Positions 28,724-37,929 of a stretch of 64,000 nt of DNA are shown here, in pieces. Each line of letters begins with the position of its first letter. Position 1 is the stretch's first letter. Both the position numbers and the translations under genes were made by a program. This DNA is from a virus, in the IMG/VR virus record IMGVR_UViG_3300010885_081999, positions 1-64,000 of that record. The stretch is one strand, 5' to 3'. The notes under the pieces are model-generated. The model was not told where the DNA came from, searched no databases, and saw only the letters and a program-made list of their open reading frames with translations.

Positions 28724-29457
28724 TTCACCACCTGGGCCATCGCTTCTGCCTTCTTGAAGCGGTCCTCAATGACCGACCAGTTGAACTCTCTCATCTGCGA
28801 AATGAGGTAGGACTTGGGATCATTGAGATAGTCCTTGTAGTACGCGTGCTCCCACATGTCGACGACGACGAGGGGATAGAAGCCCATCGGGACGCTGCCT
28901 GCATGGTCGTCTATCATGAAGTTGACGTACTTCTTCAGGAAGAGGTGGTAGCCACAGACTGCCCAACCGCCACGTGATGCGAGGGCACACGCCATGAAAT
29001 CCCTCTGCCAGTCGTCGAACGTCCCGAAGTCACGCTGTAGCCTGAGGAAGGCGAGAGAATCCATCACCACCTCGCTGTGCGGATCGAAGCAGTTTGCGAA
29101 GTACAGCTCGTGGAGCCACACGGCGTTGAGGTTCCACGTCTCGTCGAGCTTCAGCGTCCTAAACTGAGAGTGGCGATGATTGACGTCCGATCTCTCTGCA
29201 GTGTCGAGCTCCGCCGACACCTTGTTGAGGGACTCGACGTAGTTCTTGTACTTCTCGATGTGCGCTGACTTCGTCTTCTGGGAGACGAATTCCGAGACCT
29301 GCTTGAACTGCTTCGGCTCGGCAACGTATGACTCGTTCAAAGACTCGTCGGAGGGTAGCTTCGCAGTCTCCTTGACGAGATGTGACTGGATGGTTCTCTT
29401 GATGATACCGTCGACGTCGATGCCGGCGAGAGGATGCTTCTTGTCAATCGATTTCAT
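28720..29457 (-). CDS. Fe/Mn superoxide dismutase family protein with N-terminal extension
   Basis: AHIEKY, LHELYF, DFGTFDDW and VDMWEHAYY metal-ligand motifs. Confidence 0.85.
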   Translation of the reverse strand: MKSIDKKHPLAGIDVDGIIKRTIQSHLVKETAKLPSDESLNESYVAEPKQFKQVSEFVSQKTKSAHIEKYKNYVESLNKVSAELDTAERSDVNHRHSQFRTLKLDETWNLNAVWLHELYFANCFDPHSEVVMDSLAFLRLQRDFGTFDDWQRDFMACALASRGGWAVCGYHLFLKKYVNFMIDDHAGSVPMGFYPLVVVDMWEHAYYKDYLNDPKSYLISQMREFNWSVIEDRFKKAEAMAQVVK

Positions 29458-29725
29458 AGTTCTTCTCCAGGTCTTCTTTGTTCACGAGAAACTGCTTTCC
29501 TTCGGGCGTCTTCAGGATCACGTCGCGAGGGCCGACAGACATGACGGTGTAGAGAAACTGCGTTTTCTTGTGGCGCAGCTTCAGGTCTGTATCGATCAGC
29601 GTCTTTTCCTCGCCGTCGACCTTGCCCTTCATGACAGCGTCAACTGTTTCCGAGAGGGCAGCAACCTTTGCGTTCCATTCCTCTCTCATGATTCGTATGA
29701 TGTCGGCCTCTTCGAGTTTTTTCAT
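29444..29725 (-). CDS. Leader-like hypothetical protein
   Basis: DIIRIMREEW; ATATTTA upstream. Confidence 0.65.
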   Translation of the reverse strand: MKKLEEADIIRIMREEWNAKVAALSETVDAVMKGKVDGEEKTLIDTDLKLRHKKTQFLYTVMSVGPRDVILKTPEGKQFLVNKEDLEKNYEID

Positions 29726-29727
29726 GG

Positions 29728-30153
29728 CTAACCTGTAAATATCACGTCGGCGTATCTATTGACGACTACGTCACAAGATTGGAGGATCTTGATGCCGTTG
29801 AGATCCCTGTACTCTTCGTCATAGACGACCTCTGAGATGTCGGCATTCACGATAAGCTTTGCGCACTGCACGCAAGGTGAGTGCGTGAGGTACATGATCT
29901 TCTTGCGATTGAAGTTGTAGTCACACTTGACGAGTGCATTCACTTCAGCATGTATGAAACCACTCTGTCCTGGGTCCGCCGAATCGGGAACGTTAGGTCC
30001 TCCCCTGTAGTTTCCGTTGTATCCCAGTGAGAGGAGACGAGTGTTGTCGTCTGAGACGACGATCGCTCCCACCTTGAGACGAGGATCGTAGGACCTCTCG
30101 GCCACGGTTCGAGCGATCGACATCCAGGATTCGTGCCAGGACGGTCTACGCAT
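29728..30153 (-). CDS. dCMP deaminase (ComEB-like)
   Basis: RPSW, VGAIVV, GYNG, HAEVNA and SPCVQC. Confidence 0.9.
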   Translation of the reverse strand: MRRPSWHESWMSIARTVAERSYDPRLKVGAIVVSDDNTRLLSLGYNGNYRGGPNVPDSADPGQSGFIHAEVNALVKCDYNFNRKKIMYLTHSPCVQCAKLIVNADISEVVYDEEYRDLNGIKILQSCDVVVNRYADVIFTG

Positions 30154-30154
30154 G

Positions 30155-30733
30155 TCAGTTCTCGTGGATCTTAGGACGCAGGTCGATCGAGATGTGATGC
30201 GAGTAGCATCTCGGCTCATAGAGCTCTGCACCTCCCACCTCGATCTCTTCGCCGTTTGTCTGCTTCTTGTGTGTGTAGTGGGCGTCCCTGCCGCAGACTG
30301 TGCACACAGCAGTGCATTTCTCGACGTGAGTCGACCACACGAGCATCTTCTCGATCTCGTGAAAAGGCTTGCCCGAGTAAGACATTTCGAGCGAGGAGAC
30401 GACGATGGTGAAACCGCTCTTGTAGAGCCAGATGAGGGACTCTGCGATGCCTGGAATCATGAAGGCCTCGTCGACCGCGATGACGTGAGGATTCTCGTCG
30501 AGGTTCGTGAGATGCTCGAGGATGTCCGCACCCGACTTGATGCACACAGCGGGAACCTTCCAGCCACCGTGGGTGACGACCTCACTAGGACTGTATCTGT
30601 CGTCGATCAGCGGCTTGAAGACGACGACTTTCTTGTGTTGATACTTGTATTTCTCGAGAGTTGAAAGGAGTCGCGACGTCTTCGACCCAAACATCGGCCC
30701 AGTGTAAACGATGAACTCAGGATTGCTCAACAT
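30155..30733 (-). CDS. tdk: Thymidine kinase
   Basis: GPMFGSKT, VDEA, CTVCG and VGGAELYEPRC. Confidence 0.92.
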   Translation of the reverse strand: MLSNPEFIVYTGPMFGSKTSRLLSTLEKYKYQHKKVVVFKPLIDDRYSPSEVVTHGGWKVPAVCIKSGADILEHLTNLDENPHVIAVDEAFMIPGIAESLIWLYKSGFTIVVSSLEMSYSGKPFHEIEKMLVWSTHVEKCTAVCTVCGRDAHYTHKKQTNGEEIEVGGAELYEPRCYSHHISIDLRPKIHEN

Positions 30734-30742
30734 TCTCTTACC

Positions 30743-31699
30743 TCACATGTCCTTGATCTTGTCCCAAGACTTCTCATACCACTCGATGGTTCGATCGAGT
30801 CCGTCCCAAAACCGAACAAGCGGAACGTAACCGAGAACCGCTGTGGTCTTCGATATGTCTGCCTGTGTGTGCATCACGTCTCCAGCACGCCACGGAGCTG
30901 TGTGGTGCTGGGCATAAGGATAGACTTCCTGGAGTTTTCCGAGCACCTCTGCGTTTGATGTCCTGTCGCCGCAGGCCACGTTGAGAGGTTCTGCGGCCAA
31001 TGGACCGACGTGCTCGACTGCTCTCATGCAAGCATCGACGACGTTGTCGACGTAGCACATGTCCCGTGTCTGCGAGCCGTCTCCGTCCGATCGCATGGAG
31101 TCGCCCTTCTTGATCGCAGTCAACCATGCCGAGACCGCGGTCGAATAAGGCGAATTTCCTAGCTGATTGGGTCCGAAGACGTTGAAGAAGCGAAGGGCGA
31201 CGGAATCAAGACCGTAGAGGTTGTAGTAGACCTTCATGTAGTCTTCGATGATCGACTTCTGGAGTGCGTAAGGTGACTTTGGATCCTTGGGATACGTCGT
31301 CGGAGTCGGCATGAAGTCTGCACCGCCATATACAGAACTCGATGATGCGAAGACGAACCGTCTCGCGTTGCCGCGGCAGGCCTGCATGAGGCGCAACGTC
31401 TTCGTCACATTCGTCTCGTGTGTCTCAAGAGGAAACTCCACGGAATAGCTCACACGAGGCACAGCGGCCAAGTGAACGACGGCGTCGAATTGCCCTGAGA
31501 CGACAGCATGAAGCACGTTCGGTGCCGAGAAGTCGCTTACCAGGAAGTTGTCTGATTCGACGAATCGAGAGTCGAGAAACTCTTCGTGGCCGTTGCTCAT
31601 GTCGTCCACGCCGAAGACATCCCAGCCTGATTCGAGGCATTTCTTCGTCAGGTTGCTGCCGATGAATCCCGCAGCACCTGTGATGAGAACCTTAGTCAT
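30743..31699 (-). CDS. NAD-dependent NDP-sugar epimerase/dehydratase
   Basis: TGAAGFIG, ASSSSVYG, YALQK and FNVFGP. Confidence 0.92.
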   Translation of the reverse strand: MTKVLITGAAGFIGSNLTKKCLESGWDVFGVDDMSNGHEEFLDSRFVESDNFLVSDFSAPNVLHAVVSGQFDAVVHLAAVPRVSYSVEFPLETHETNVTKTLRLMQACRGNARRFVFASSSSVYGGADFMPTPTTYPKDPKSPYALQKSIIEDYMKVYYNLYGLDSVALRFFNVFGPNQLGNSPYSTAVSAWLTAIKKGDSMRSDGDGSQTRDMCYVDNVVDACMRAVEHVGPLAAEPLNVACGDRTSNAEVLGKLQEVYPYAQHHTAPWRAGDVMHTQADISKTTAVLGYVPLVRFWDGLDRTIEWYEKSWDKIKDM

Positions 31700-31705
31700 G
31701 CGTCC

Positions 31706-31734
31706 ATTATAGGACGCATGCCTTCAAGAGTTCA
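31706..31734 (-). promoter_or_regulatory. Class A sigma70-like promoter TGAAC-N18-TATAAT, 6 nt before ATG
   Basis: Same architecture found at more than 12 other gene starts. Confidence 0.65.
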
Positions 31735-32502
31735 CCTCGTCTTGATCACGATTTCGACACCTTTGGGATCGGTGGTCAAAAAAGCCTTGAGGCGGTCGCC
31801 CTCGTAATCGATCATGACACCCTCATCTTCACTAGTGAGTTCTCCCTTGAGTGAGGACTCGAATCCCAGCTTCTTCATCACCTCGTCGCAGTACAAGGCA
31901 ATCTGATCCAGCATGGCGAGCTGTTTCGATGGCACCAGGACCCTGACGTTGACAGAAGTCTTGCTCAGCTCTTCGATGGTGACCTTTGATCCCTCAGACT
32001 CAAGGTCTTTCTTGATCGCGGAAGCGACGGCCATCTTGTCGGTGGGTGAAGGAGGTGCCGCAGTGACCTCCCCGCCCTTCATGACGGCGACGACCTTCTT
32101 TGCGAGAGCGCCCGCGTCGATCTTCTTCACTCTGCGGCCGGGTTCATAGTTCATCGGATTGAGGAATCCACCTACCATGTCAAGGACGGCATCGTGGACG
32201 TAGTACTCGACCATGCTGAGCCATTCGTCCCTTCTGTCGACGGGGTCCTTGATGCCCCTCATCTCTGACTCGATGTTTGACCAAGCGTCCCACATCGCTC
32301 CGAAAACCGGACCGCCCTCGTAAGAAGTATCTGAAGCCTCGTCGACGAGGTCTTCCGGGGCCCCTGCGGCCGTGAGTGCTGCAGAGAACACATTACGAAA
32401 CTTCATGAAGCTGTCGGGCGGGGAGGCAGCAGCCTTCGCGGCTTCGGCGATTTGCCTCTTGACAGAGGCACGAATCATTCGACGGAGTTCGTTGAGAGTC
32501 AT
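31732..32502 (-). CDS. Leader-tagged hypothetical protein
   Basis: MTLNELRRMIRASVKRQIAE; ATACTTA upstream. Confidence 0.7.
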   Translation of the reverse strand: MTLNELRRMIRASVKRQIAEAAKAAASPPDSFMKFRNVFSAALTAAGAPEDLVDEASDTSYEGGPVFGAMWDAWSNIESEMRGIKDPVDRRDEWLSMVEYYVHDAVLDMVGGFLNPMNYEPGRRVKKIDAGALAKKVVAVMKGGEVTAAPPSPTDKMAVASAIKKDLESEGSKVTIEELSKTSVNVRVLVPSKQLAMLDQIALYCDEVMKKLGFESSLKGELTSEDEGVMIDYEGDRLKAFLTTDPKGVEIVIKTR

Positions 32503-32517
32503 GCGTCTAAGTATTCT

Positions 32518-33513
32518 TCACTTCTTCCAGAAGTCATACATTCCCTTGGCGACCTCGTATTTCATCATCTTGACGGGACGTGGCGGCTGCTCCTTCGCCC
32601 AGACGAACATCTTCTCGACGAGGTCCTCAAAGTCTGTGTCGTCTACGAATCCCAGGTCTCTCTTCGCCTTTGTGTGGTCGCAGTAGGCGTGCTGCACCTC
32701 GTCACGAGGCTCGAGGTGGACTATCGCCACGTCGTGTCCCAATTTGGCCGCGACGCGTCGGAATCGAGAAGCCGCATCGGCGATCGTCATGTGTGAATCG
32801 GCACCCATGTTGTACGTCTCACCGTCGCCGGCATTCATCAAGGTCTCAAAGGGCGCCATGTAGTACTTGATGTCTGAGAACGACCGCGTCTGTGAGCCAT
32901 CACCGAAGACTGTGATGGGCTGACCCGACAATGTCTGTCTAATCCAGATGCCTAACACATTCCTGTATTTGTCCCAGATATTCTGGTGTACTCCAAAGAC
33001 GTTGTGCGGACGCACGACAGTGTAGTTGAGACCGAAGAGCCTGTGGGCCTGCTTCAGGTCCAACTCCACAGCATACTTTGCGATGCCGTAGGGATCTTCA
33101 GGCATCGGCACAAAGTCCTCGACGTAGGGCGGGTGATGATGGCTTCCGTAGACGTCCATGGACGACGTGAAGACAATCTTCTTCGAGTCGTGATTGACGC
33201 ACGCATTGATCACGTTTGCAGACCCCACCACGTTGTTCGAGTAGTTGAAGCTCCTGATGAAGGGACTGAGCCCCACCGCAGCATAGGCAGCGAAGTGATA
33301 GACGTACTGGGGTCTTCGTGTCCGAAATGCCTCGTCGACCGCGGACGAATCGACGAGGTTCACCTCCAAGAAATCGAGTCGTTCGTCGAGGTTCTCTCTA
33401 TAACCACCACTCAAGTCGTCGATGCCCGTCACCGTGTGACCGCGGTCGAGAAGGTGTCTCGAGAAATGACTTCCTAGTAGGCCTGCCACGCCTGTGATCA
33501 ATACACTCGCCAT
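32518..33513 (-). CDS. NAD-dependent NDP-sugar epimerase/dehydratase
   Basis: TGVAGLLG, TSSMDVYG, YGIAK and HNVFG. Confidence 0.92.
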   Translation of the reverse strand: MASVLITGVAGLLGSHFSRHLLDRGHTVTGIDDLSGGYRENLDERLDFLEVNLVDSSAVDEAFRTRRPQYVYHFAAYAAVGLSPFIRSFNYSNNVVGSANVINACVNHDSKKIVFTSSMDVYGSHHHPPYVEDFVPMPEDPYGIAKYAVELDLKQAHRLFGLNYTVVRPHNVFGVHQNIWDKYRNVLGIWIRQTLSGQPITVFGDGSQTRSFSDIKYYMAPFETLMNAGDGETYNMGADSHMTIADAASRFRRVAAKLGHDVAIVHLEPRDEVQHAYCDHTKAKRDLGFVDDTDFEDLVEKMFVWAKEQPPRPVKMMKYEVAKGMYDFWKK

Positions 33514-33522
33514 GATCCAGCA

Positions 33523-34428
33523 TTATACAGCATCACGACGCACGTGGAGGCTGTCGAACTGAACGACGAGTCTCACTGAGTTGACAGCCCAGCCGAAGGT
33601 CCGAGGAATTTCGGTGGAAAGGTGGGCAAGGAATCGAAGGTCGAGTGTACCGTTCTTCACGGAGTCCGTGCTCCTCAGAAGACTGATGACCTTGAGGTCG
33701 CCATCACGAGGCAAGAAGTGTATCGAAGAGATGCACGTGTCGCTGTGGTAGTAGAACCGCCTCGAGTCGAGTCCTTGTGGCGCTCCATAGGGATTTTTCC
33801 CTGACATCTCGTCGTGGATCACTTCCTCGCACGACTTGAGGATGTCCAAGAAGTACTCGCCTTCGTGGGGATCGTTGAGGATGGAGGGATCCGTGTACTG
33901 AGGTGGGACGTCGAACTCCACGCGTGCCTGCACCTCTTGGTCCTTTGACAGGAAAGTACAGTGTCTAATCGTGTGACCAAACACCCCCGGAGATTGTTCC
34001 GAATATTCCTGGATGTCCCTGCTGACTTCTCGTGCCTGGTCCGACAGGGAAGCGTCCCTCGAGAGGACGAGGACGTTGGGAAGTGCGATGATCTTCGAGA
34101 CCTCTTCCTGGAAGATCCTGTAGAGTTTCAAGAGCGAAGCGTCGTCCTGGAACTCGTCGCCTCGTGAGCGTAGTCTCTCGAGGACGACGTTGACAGGAGG
34201 CATCAGGACGACGAGGAAGTTGTTGAGATCACAGAGCTCTTCGCGGAGGGCAGCTCGATGCTCCGCCTCAGGCCGTCCGTAGAGACGCGCATAGCACAGC
34301 ATCGAGAGGAAGGACCGGTCTTGAATGTTGTACTTGAACTTCGTTTCCTTGTGCAGGGCTGAATAGAGCGAAGTCTTGCCGCTGCAGTCCGGTCCCTCTA
34401 GAATGACGTATTTGATCGGAATGTTCAT
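33523..34428 (-). CDS. NMP kinase fused to a thymidylate-synthase/dCMP-hydroxymethylase-like domain
   Basis: N-terminal EGPDCSGKT and DRSFLS; C-terminal SRR...CISSIHF...LRSTDSVKNGTLD...DSLHV. Confidence 0.7.
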   Translation of the reverse strand: MNIPIKYVILEGPDCSGKTSLYSALHKETKFKYNIQDRSFLSMLCYARLYGRPEAEHRAALREELCDLNNFLVVLMPPVNVVLERLRSRGDEFQDDASLLKLYRIFQEEVSKIIALPNVLVLSRDASLSDQAREVSRDIQEYSEQSPGVFGHTIRHCTFLSKDQEVQARVEFDVPPQYTDPSILNDPHEGEYFLDILKSCEEVIHDEMSGKNPYGAPQGLDSRRFYYHSDTCISSIHFLPRDGDLKVISLLRSTDSVKNGTLDLRFLAHLSTEIPRTFGWAVNSVRLVVQFDSLHVRRDAV

Positions 34429-36752
34429 GCCATCTGCCTCATCTTGAAGATCGAAGTCGAGAAGCCCCACTGAGGATCGTGTTGTGCCTTGCCTACCCAC
34501 AGGGTGTAGGGTTTGATCTCCTCCTGCGGCGTGCCCCATACTCGAATCCACGCGATCCTAAACTCGTCGTCCATCGCTTTACAACGATAGAACGACTTTC
34601 CGTTCTTCGTCTTCTTCAGCTCGGCGGACGCCATGCAGAACCAGCCGATGCCCTCCGTGCCCGGCGGGATGTCGTGGAGGCGAGGCACTTCCTTCGACGC
34701 GACCTTCTCCATGATCTCGGGTGGAAAGAGGAGGTCTGCGTCGATCGTGGACGTGAGGTCGAAGCGTAGGTTGATCTTCTCGTCACGAGTCCAGTCCTCC
34801 GTTTCTGCGAGCTCCTCGAGGAGGAAGTCGACGATGGGAATCACGGGTTCACCGGCCTTCGCCTTCTTCTTCAGTTGCGATGCAGTGAGACCGTAGAGGC
34901 CCTTTCGGAGGGTCTCGTAGTTCTTTTCCTCGGTGAGTGCGAGGAGGAGCTGCCGATGATTCGCGATGCGGCCGTACTGGAAGTCCTCGAGGGACTCTAG
35001 GCCTTCGATCTGACACAGGGCGGAGAGCACCGTCTTGTTCACCTTGCTGTGTCTCCATTCGCCGGCGTCGTCGTACAGCATCCCCTTGAGGTCCTTATAC
35101 GGTCGGTTGACCATGATCTCCTCGACGGCGGCGTTTCCGATGCCCTTCACCGAACCGAGGGGCGGAACGAAGGCGTTGGCCTCGTCGGAGAAGTCCCACT
35201 GCTTGCCCGAGTAGTTGACGTCGTGCTTCGAGAAGCTGTATCCCAATGCCTTCACCTCGGAGATCACCTTGGAGAGCTCCTTGGGATTGGACGAGGCAGA
35301 CTGCAGGATCGTGGCGAGCCAGTCCTTCTCGTAGTGGGTGTGGAGCCATGCCGCGTAGTAGGAGTCGATGGCATAGGACACGGAGTGGGACTTGTTGAAG
35401 CCGTAGAGCGAGAAGAACTCGATCTTGTCGAACAGCGCATTGGTGATGTCTTCCGAGATTCCGTGGATTTCTTTGGCGCCCTTCACGAACTTCTCGCGGA
35501 GCATCACCTTCTCGCCCGACTTCTTGTCGAGTGTGTCGAGTGACTTCTTCACGAGCGTCTTCCTCATCTGGTCGGACTCGCCCGGTGAGAAACCGCCGAG
35601 CTCCACGGCGAGGCTCATGAACTGTTCCTGGAAGGCGATGAAGCCGCGGGTCACACCGAGCACCTTCTCGATGAGCGGATGGTCGTACTTGATGCCCTCG
35701 ATGTTCTTACCGGCGTCGACGTACATATTGTGGACGTTCGCCTTGAGGGGACCGGGTCGGTAGATGGCAGTGATCGCCGCGAGCTCGTCGATCGTGTTGG
35801 GCTTCGCCTGCATGCAGAACTTCCGGGCTCCGCTGGCAGTGAACTGGAAGACGCCGACGAAGCGACCTTCCTGGTACACGTGCTTCCACACCGCGGGGTC
35901 GTCCTGCTTCACGTATCGACAGTTGAGGTGCTTGTCGAAGAACGCCTTGACGTCGAGGAACGTCGGATCGGGATTGCCCTGCTTCACGAGGATGCGTCGG
36001 ATGCAGTTCTCGACGTCCTTGAGGAGGGTGAGTCCCAGGAAGTCGAACTTGAGGAAGCCGTTGTCCTCGAGGTTGCGGAAGTTCATGCCCTCGGTCCACG
36101 GAGTCTGAAGCTCGCCGCGGACGCCGATGATGGGCATCGTGGCGGACAACTCCTCGGGATCGGCGACGAGGACGCCGCCGGCGTGACGGCCCACGGATCG
36201 GTTCTGCATGAAGAGCGTGCTGATGTGGTCCTCGACCTCCGGGTACTTCTCCATGAAGGCCTTGTACTTCGGAGAGAACCTCATACAGTCCTCGTGCTTC
36301 AGGACGAAGACGGACTTCTCCTGGTCCTCGTCCCGGGCGAGAGGCTCGACCTCCGCTTGGAGCGGGCCTGTCACCTCATTCACCTCCTCGAACGGAATGC
36401 CGTAGATTTTTGAGATGTCCTTGACGAGGGACTTCAGCTTCAGGGTGTTGAAGTTGGACACGGGAATGACCGCGTCCTCACCGAAGAGATTTCGAGCTTC
36501 CTCGATCAACACGTCTCGATCTGCAGCATCAGAGTCGATATCGGGCCACGAAGTATTGTGTGTCAGTGCAAAGTCCTTGCCTACTGTTGACACAAAAAAC
36601 GTATGATCATTAGCAACCTCGATGTCGACGTATTCTTCAGCTTTGTCGCTAAAGATGACTTCTTCGATCTCTACTTCTTCAAACTCGAGAGTTGACAACA
36701 AGATTTTTTGTTCCTTTGTAGTTTCTGAATTCGAGATTTGGAATGACATCAA
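34425..36752 (-). CDS. dnaE: DNA polymerase III alpha, C-terminal fragment preceded by split-intein IntC (likely TTG start about 36701)
   Basis: YVDIEV..DHTFFV...THN then TSWPDIDSD, GRHAGG, KFDFLGL, YRPGP and YGFNKSHS. Confidence 0.92.
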   Translation of the reverse strand: MMSFQISNSETTKEQKILLSTLEFEEVEIEEVIFSDKAEEYVDIEVANDHTFFVSTVGKDFALTHNTSWPDIDSDAADRDVLIEEARNLFGEDAVIPVSNFNTLKLKSLVKDISKIYGIPFEEVNEVTGPLQAEVEPLARDEDQEKSVFVLKHEDCMRFSPKYKAFMEKYPEVEDHISTLFMQNRSVGRHAGGVLVADPEELSATMPIIGVRGELQTPWTEGMNFRNLEDNGFLKFDFLGLTLLKDVENCIRRILVKQGNPDPTFLDVKAFFDKHLNCRYVKQDDPAVWKHVYQEGRFVGVFQFTASGARKFCMQAKPNTIDELAAITAIYRPGPLKANVHNMYVDAGKNIEGIKYDHPLIEKVLGVTRGFIAFQEQFMSLAVELGGFSPGESDQMRKTLVKKSLDTLDKKSGEKVMLREKFVKGAKEIHGISEDITNALFDKIEFFSLYGFNKSHSVSYAIDSYYAAWLHTHYEKDWLATILQSASSNPKELSKVISEVKALGYSFSKHDVNYSGKQWDFSDEANAFVPPLGSVKGIGNAAVEEIMVNRPYKDLKGMLYDDAGEWRHSKVNKTVLSALCQIEGLESLEDFQYGRIANHRQLLLALTEEKNYETLRKGLYGLTASQLKKKAKAGEPVIPIVDFLLEELAETEDWTRDEKINLRFDLTSTIDADLLFPPEIMEKVASKEVPRLHDIPPGTEGIGWFCMASAELKKTKNGKSFYRCKAMDDEFRIAWIRVWGTPQEEIKPYTLWVGKAQHDPQWGFSTSIFKMRQMA

Positions 36753-37929
36753 ACAACTCCTGAGTCTTTAGGCTGTTATAGAAATCTTTCATATAGAGCA
36801 CACGAATGTTCAATCCGTCTGCCTTTAGCACTTCGAGAGCAAGCAAATTCTTCTCAAAGGCATGATCTCTTCTTCCTGCTTTCAGCTCTACATACTCGTT
36901 AGTATCTGGATGAAAGAAGTCCGGTGTGTAGCTTACTTCTGTTTCAGCGACTTTTACGGAGAAGGTCTTGTGTTCGTAATGAACTTCAATTCCTACATGA
37001 TTGCAGTAACGAAAGTAGTCAGCCTCGAGCGAACTTCTGAAGTAGATTCCTAAGTCAGAACGAACGCCAGATCGACCCCTAGAATAGAGTTTGATCTCTC
37101 CGCTTGATTGAGCTGCATACTGACACTTGCGTCCACAAAATCTTACCACAGACGTAGTGTACTTTTCAAAATTACTACCGCAGACTTTACATGGGACTAT
37201 CACTCTTGTTGCAGTTCGACTTGCATCCCTGGCACATGGGAGTGAACAGTATTTACGGTTGCTGCCTTCGATTACTTCGAAATTTGCGCCACATGAACTG
37301 CAAATCAGAGTGACGCGCTCTTTTTCGCTTGACTTAGCATACGACCGATTTTGGCATGCTCTCGAGCAATACTTCGATTGTTTCGCTAAACTGGGCGGTA
37401 ACGTGTAGTCTCTTTCACAGTAGTTGCACTTGAGCGTCATTGATGAAATTGACTTTTCTCTCCTTTTTGCACCTTTGCATTCTTTCGAGCAGTACTTCTT
37501 GTTGCAAGAACTGAAGCCTCCCTGTGTATGGGTGAAGGTGACAACGAAGTCCTTGTTGCAATGTTTGCATGTGAGAGATTTCGTGCTTGTGTTTCCCATG
37601 AATCTTCTCCGTTATGATTCACTGGGATACGTATCATGTCACGGAGACTTCTTCTTGACGAAGAGCAGCTTGTCGCCCTTCTTGAGGTCGGTCGTCATAA
37701 CTTCTTTCACTTCGCCAGCGCGACGGACGAGCCAGCGATGGTTTGGCGAGCATGAGAAATTCTCTCTCGAAGTCTTGATGACAGCATTGATGTCATGTCC
37801 TACATCATCTTCCTTGTCGATGACAGACTCATAAGTACCGCCATGCGTGAGGACCTTCTCTCCAAGGCCGAGGTCTTTGATGGGCTTGACTCCATTTTCT
37901 GTCAAGACAAGTGAGTCTTTCTGAAGACA
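36555..37929 (-). mobile_element. Split intein (IntN 37639-37929, IntC about 36555-36701) plus intervening endonuclease
   Basis: IntN begins CLQKDSLV with block B CSPNHRW; IntC ends HN/T; whole segment is lower in GC than the dnaE exteins. Confidence 0.88.
36679..37599 (-). CDS. Free-standing homing endonuclease: CxxC/YCSxxC Zn repeats + PD-(D/E)xK nuclease
   Basis: Four CxxC...(Y/F)CxxxC repeats; FRSSLE...YTPDF...YVELK. Confidence 0.8.
   Translation of the reverse strand: MGNTSTKSLTCKHCNKDFVVTFTHTQGGFSSCNKKYCSKECKGAKRREKSISSMTLKCNYCERDYTLPPSLAKQSKYCSRACQNRSYAKSSEKERVTLICSSCGANFEVIEGSNRKYCSLPCARDASRTATRVIVPCKVCGSNFEKYTTSVVRFCGRKCQYAAQSSGEIKLYSRGRSGVRSDLGIYFRSSLEADYFRYCNHVGIEVHYEHKTFSVKVAETEVSYTPDFFHPDTNEYVELKAGRRDHAFEKNLLALEVLKADGLNIRVLYMKDFYNSLKTQELFDVIPNLEFRNYKGTKNLVVNSRV

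Noticed and set aside
36695-36720. Programmed -1 frameshift at A AAA AAT fusing the endonuclease to IntC
   Set aside because: IntC is in the +1 frame relative to the endonuclease, and an SD plus TTG start explains independent translation
36555-37929. Group I/II intron interrupting dnaE
   Set aside because: Flanks encode clear intein N- and C-terminal blocks, and only ~40 nt of non-coding sequence is available for ribozyme structure
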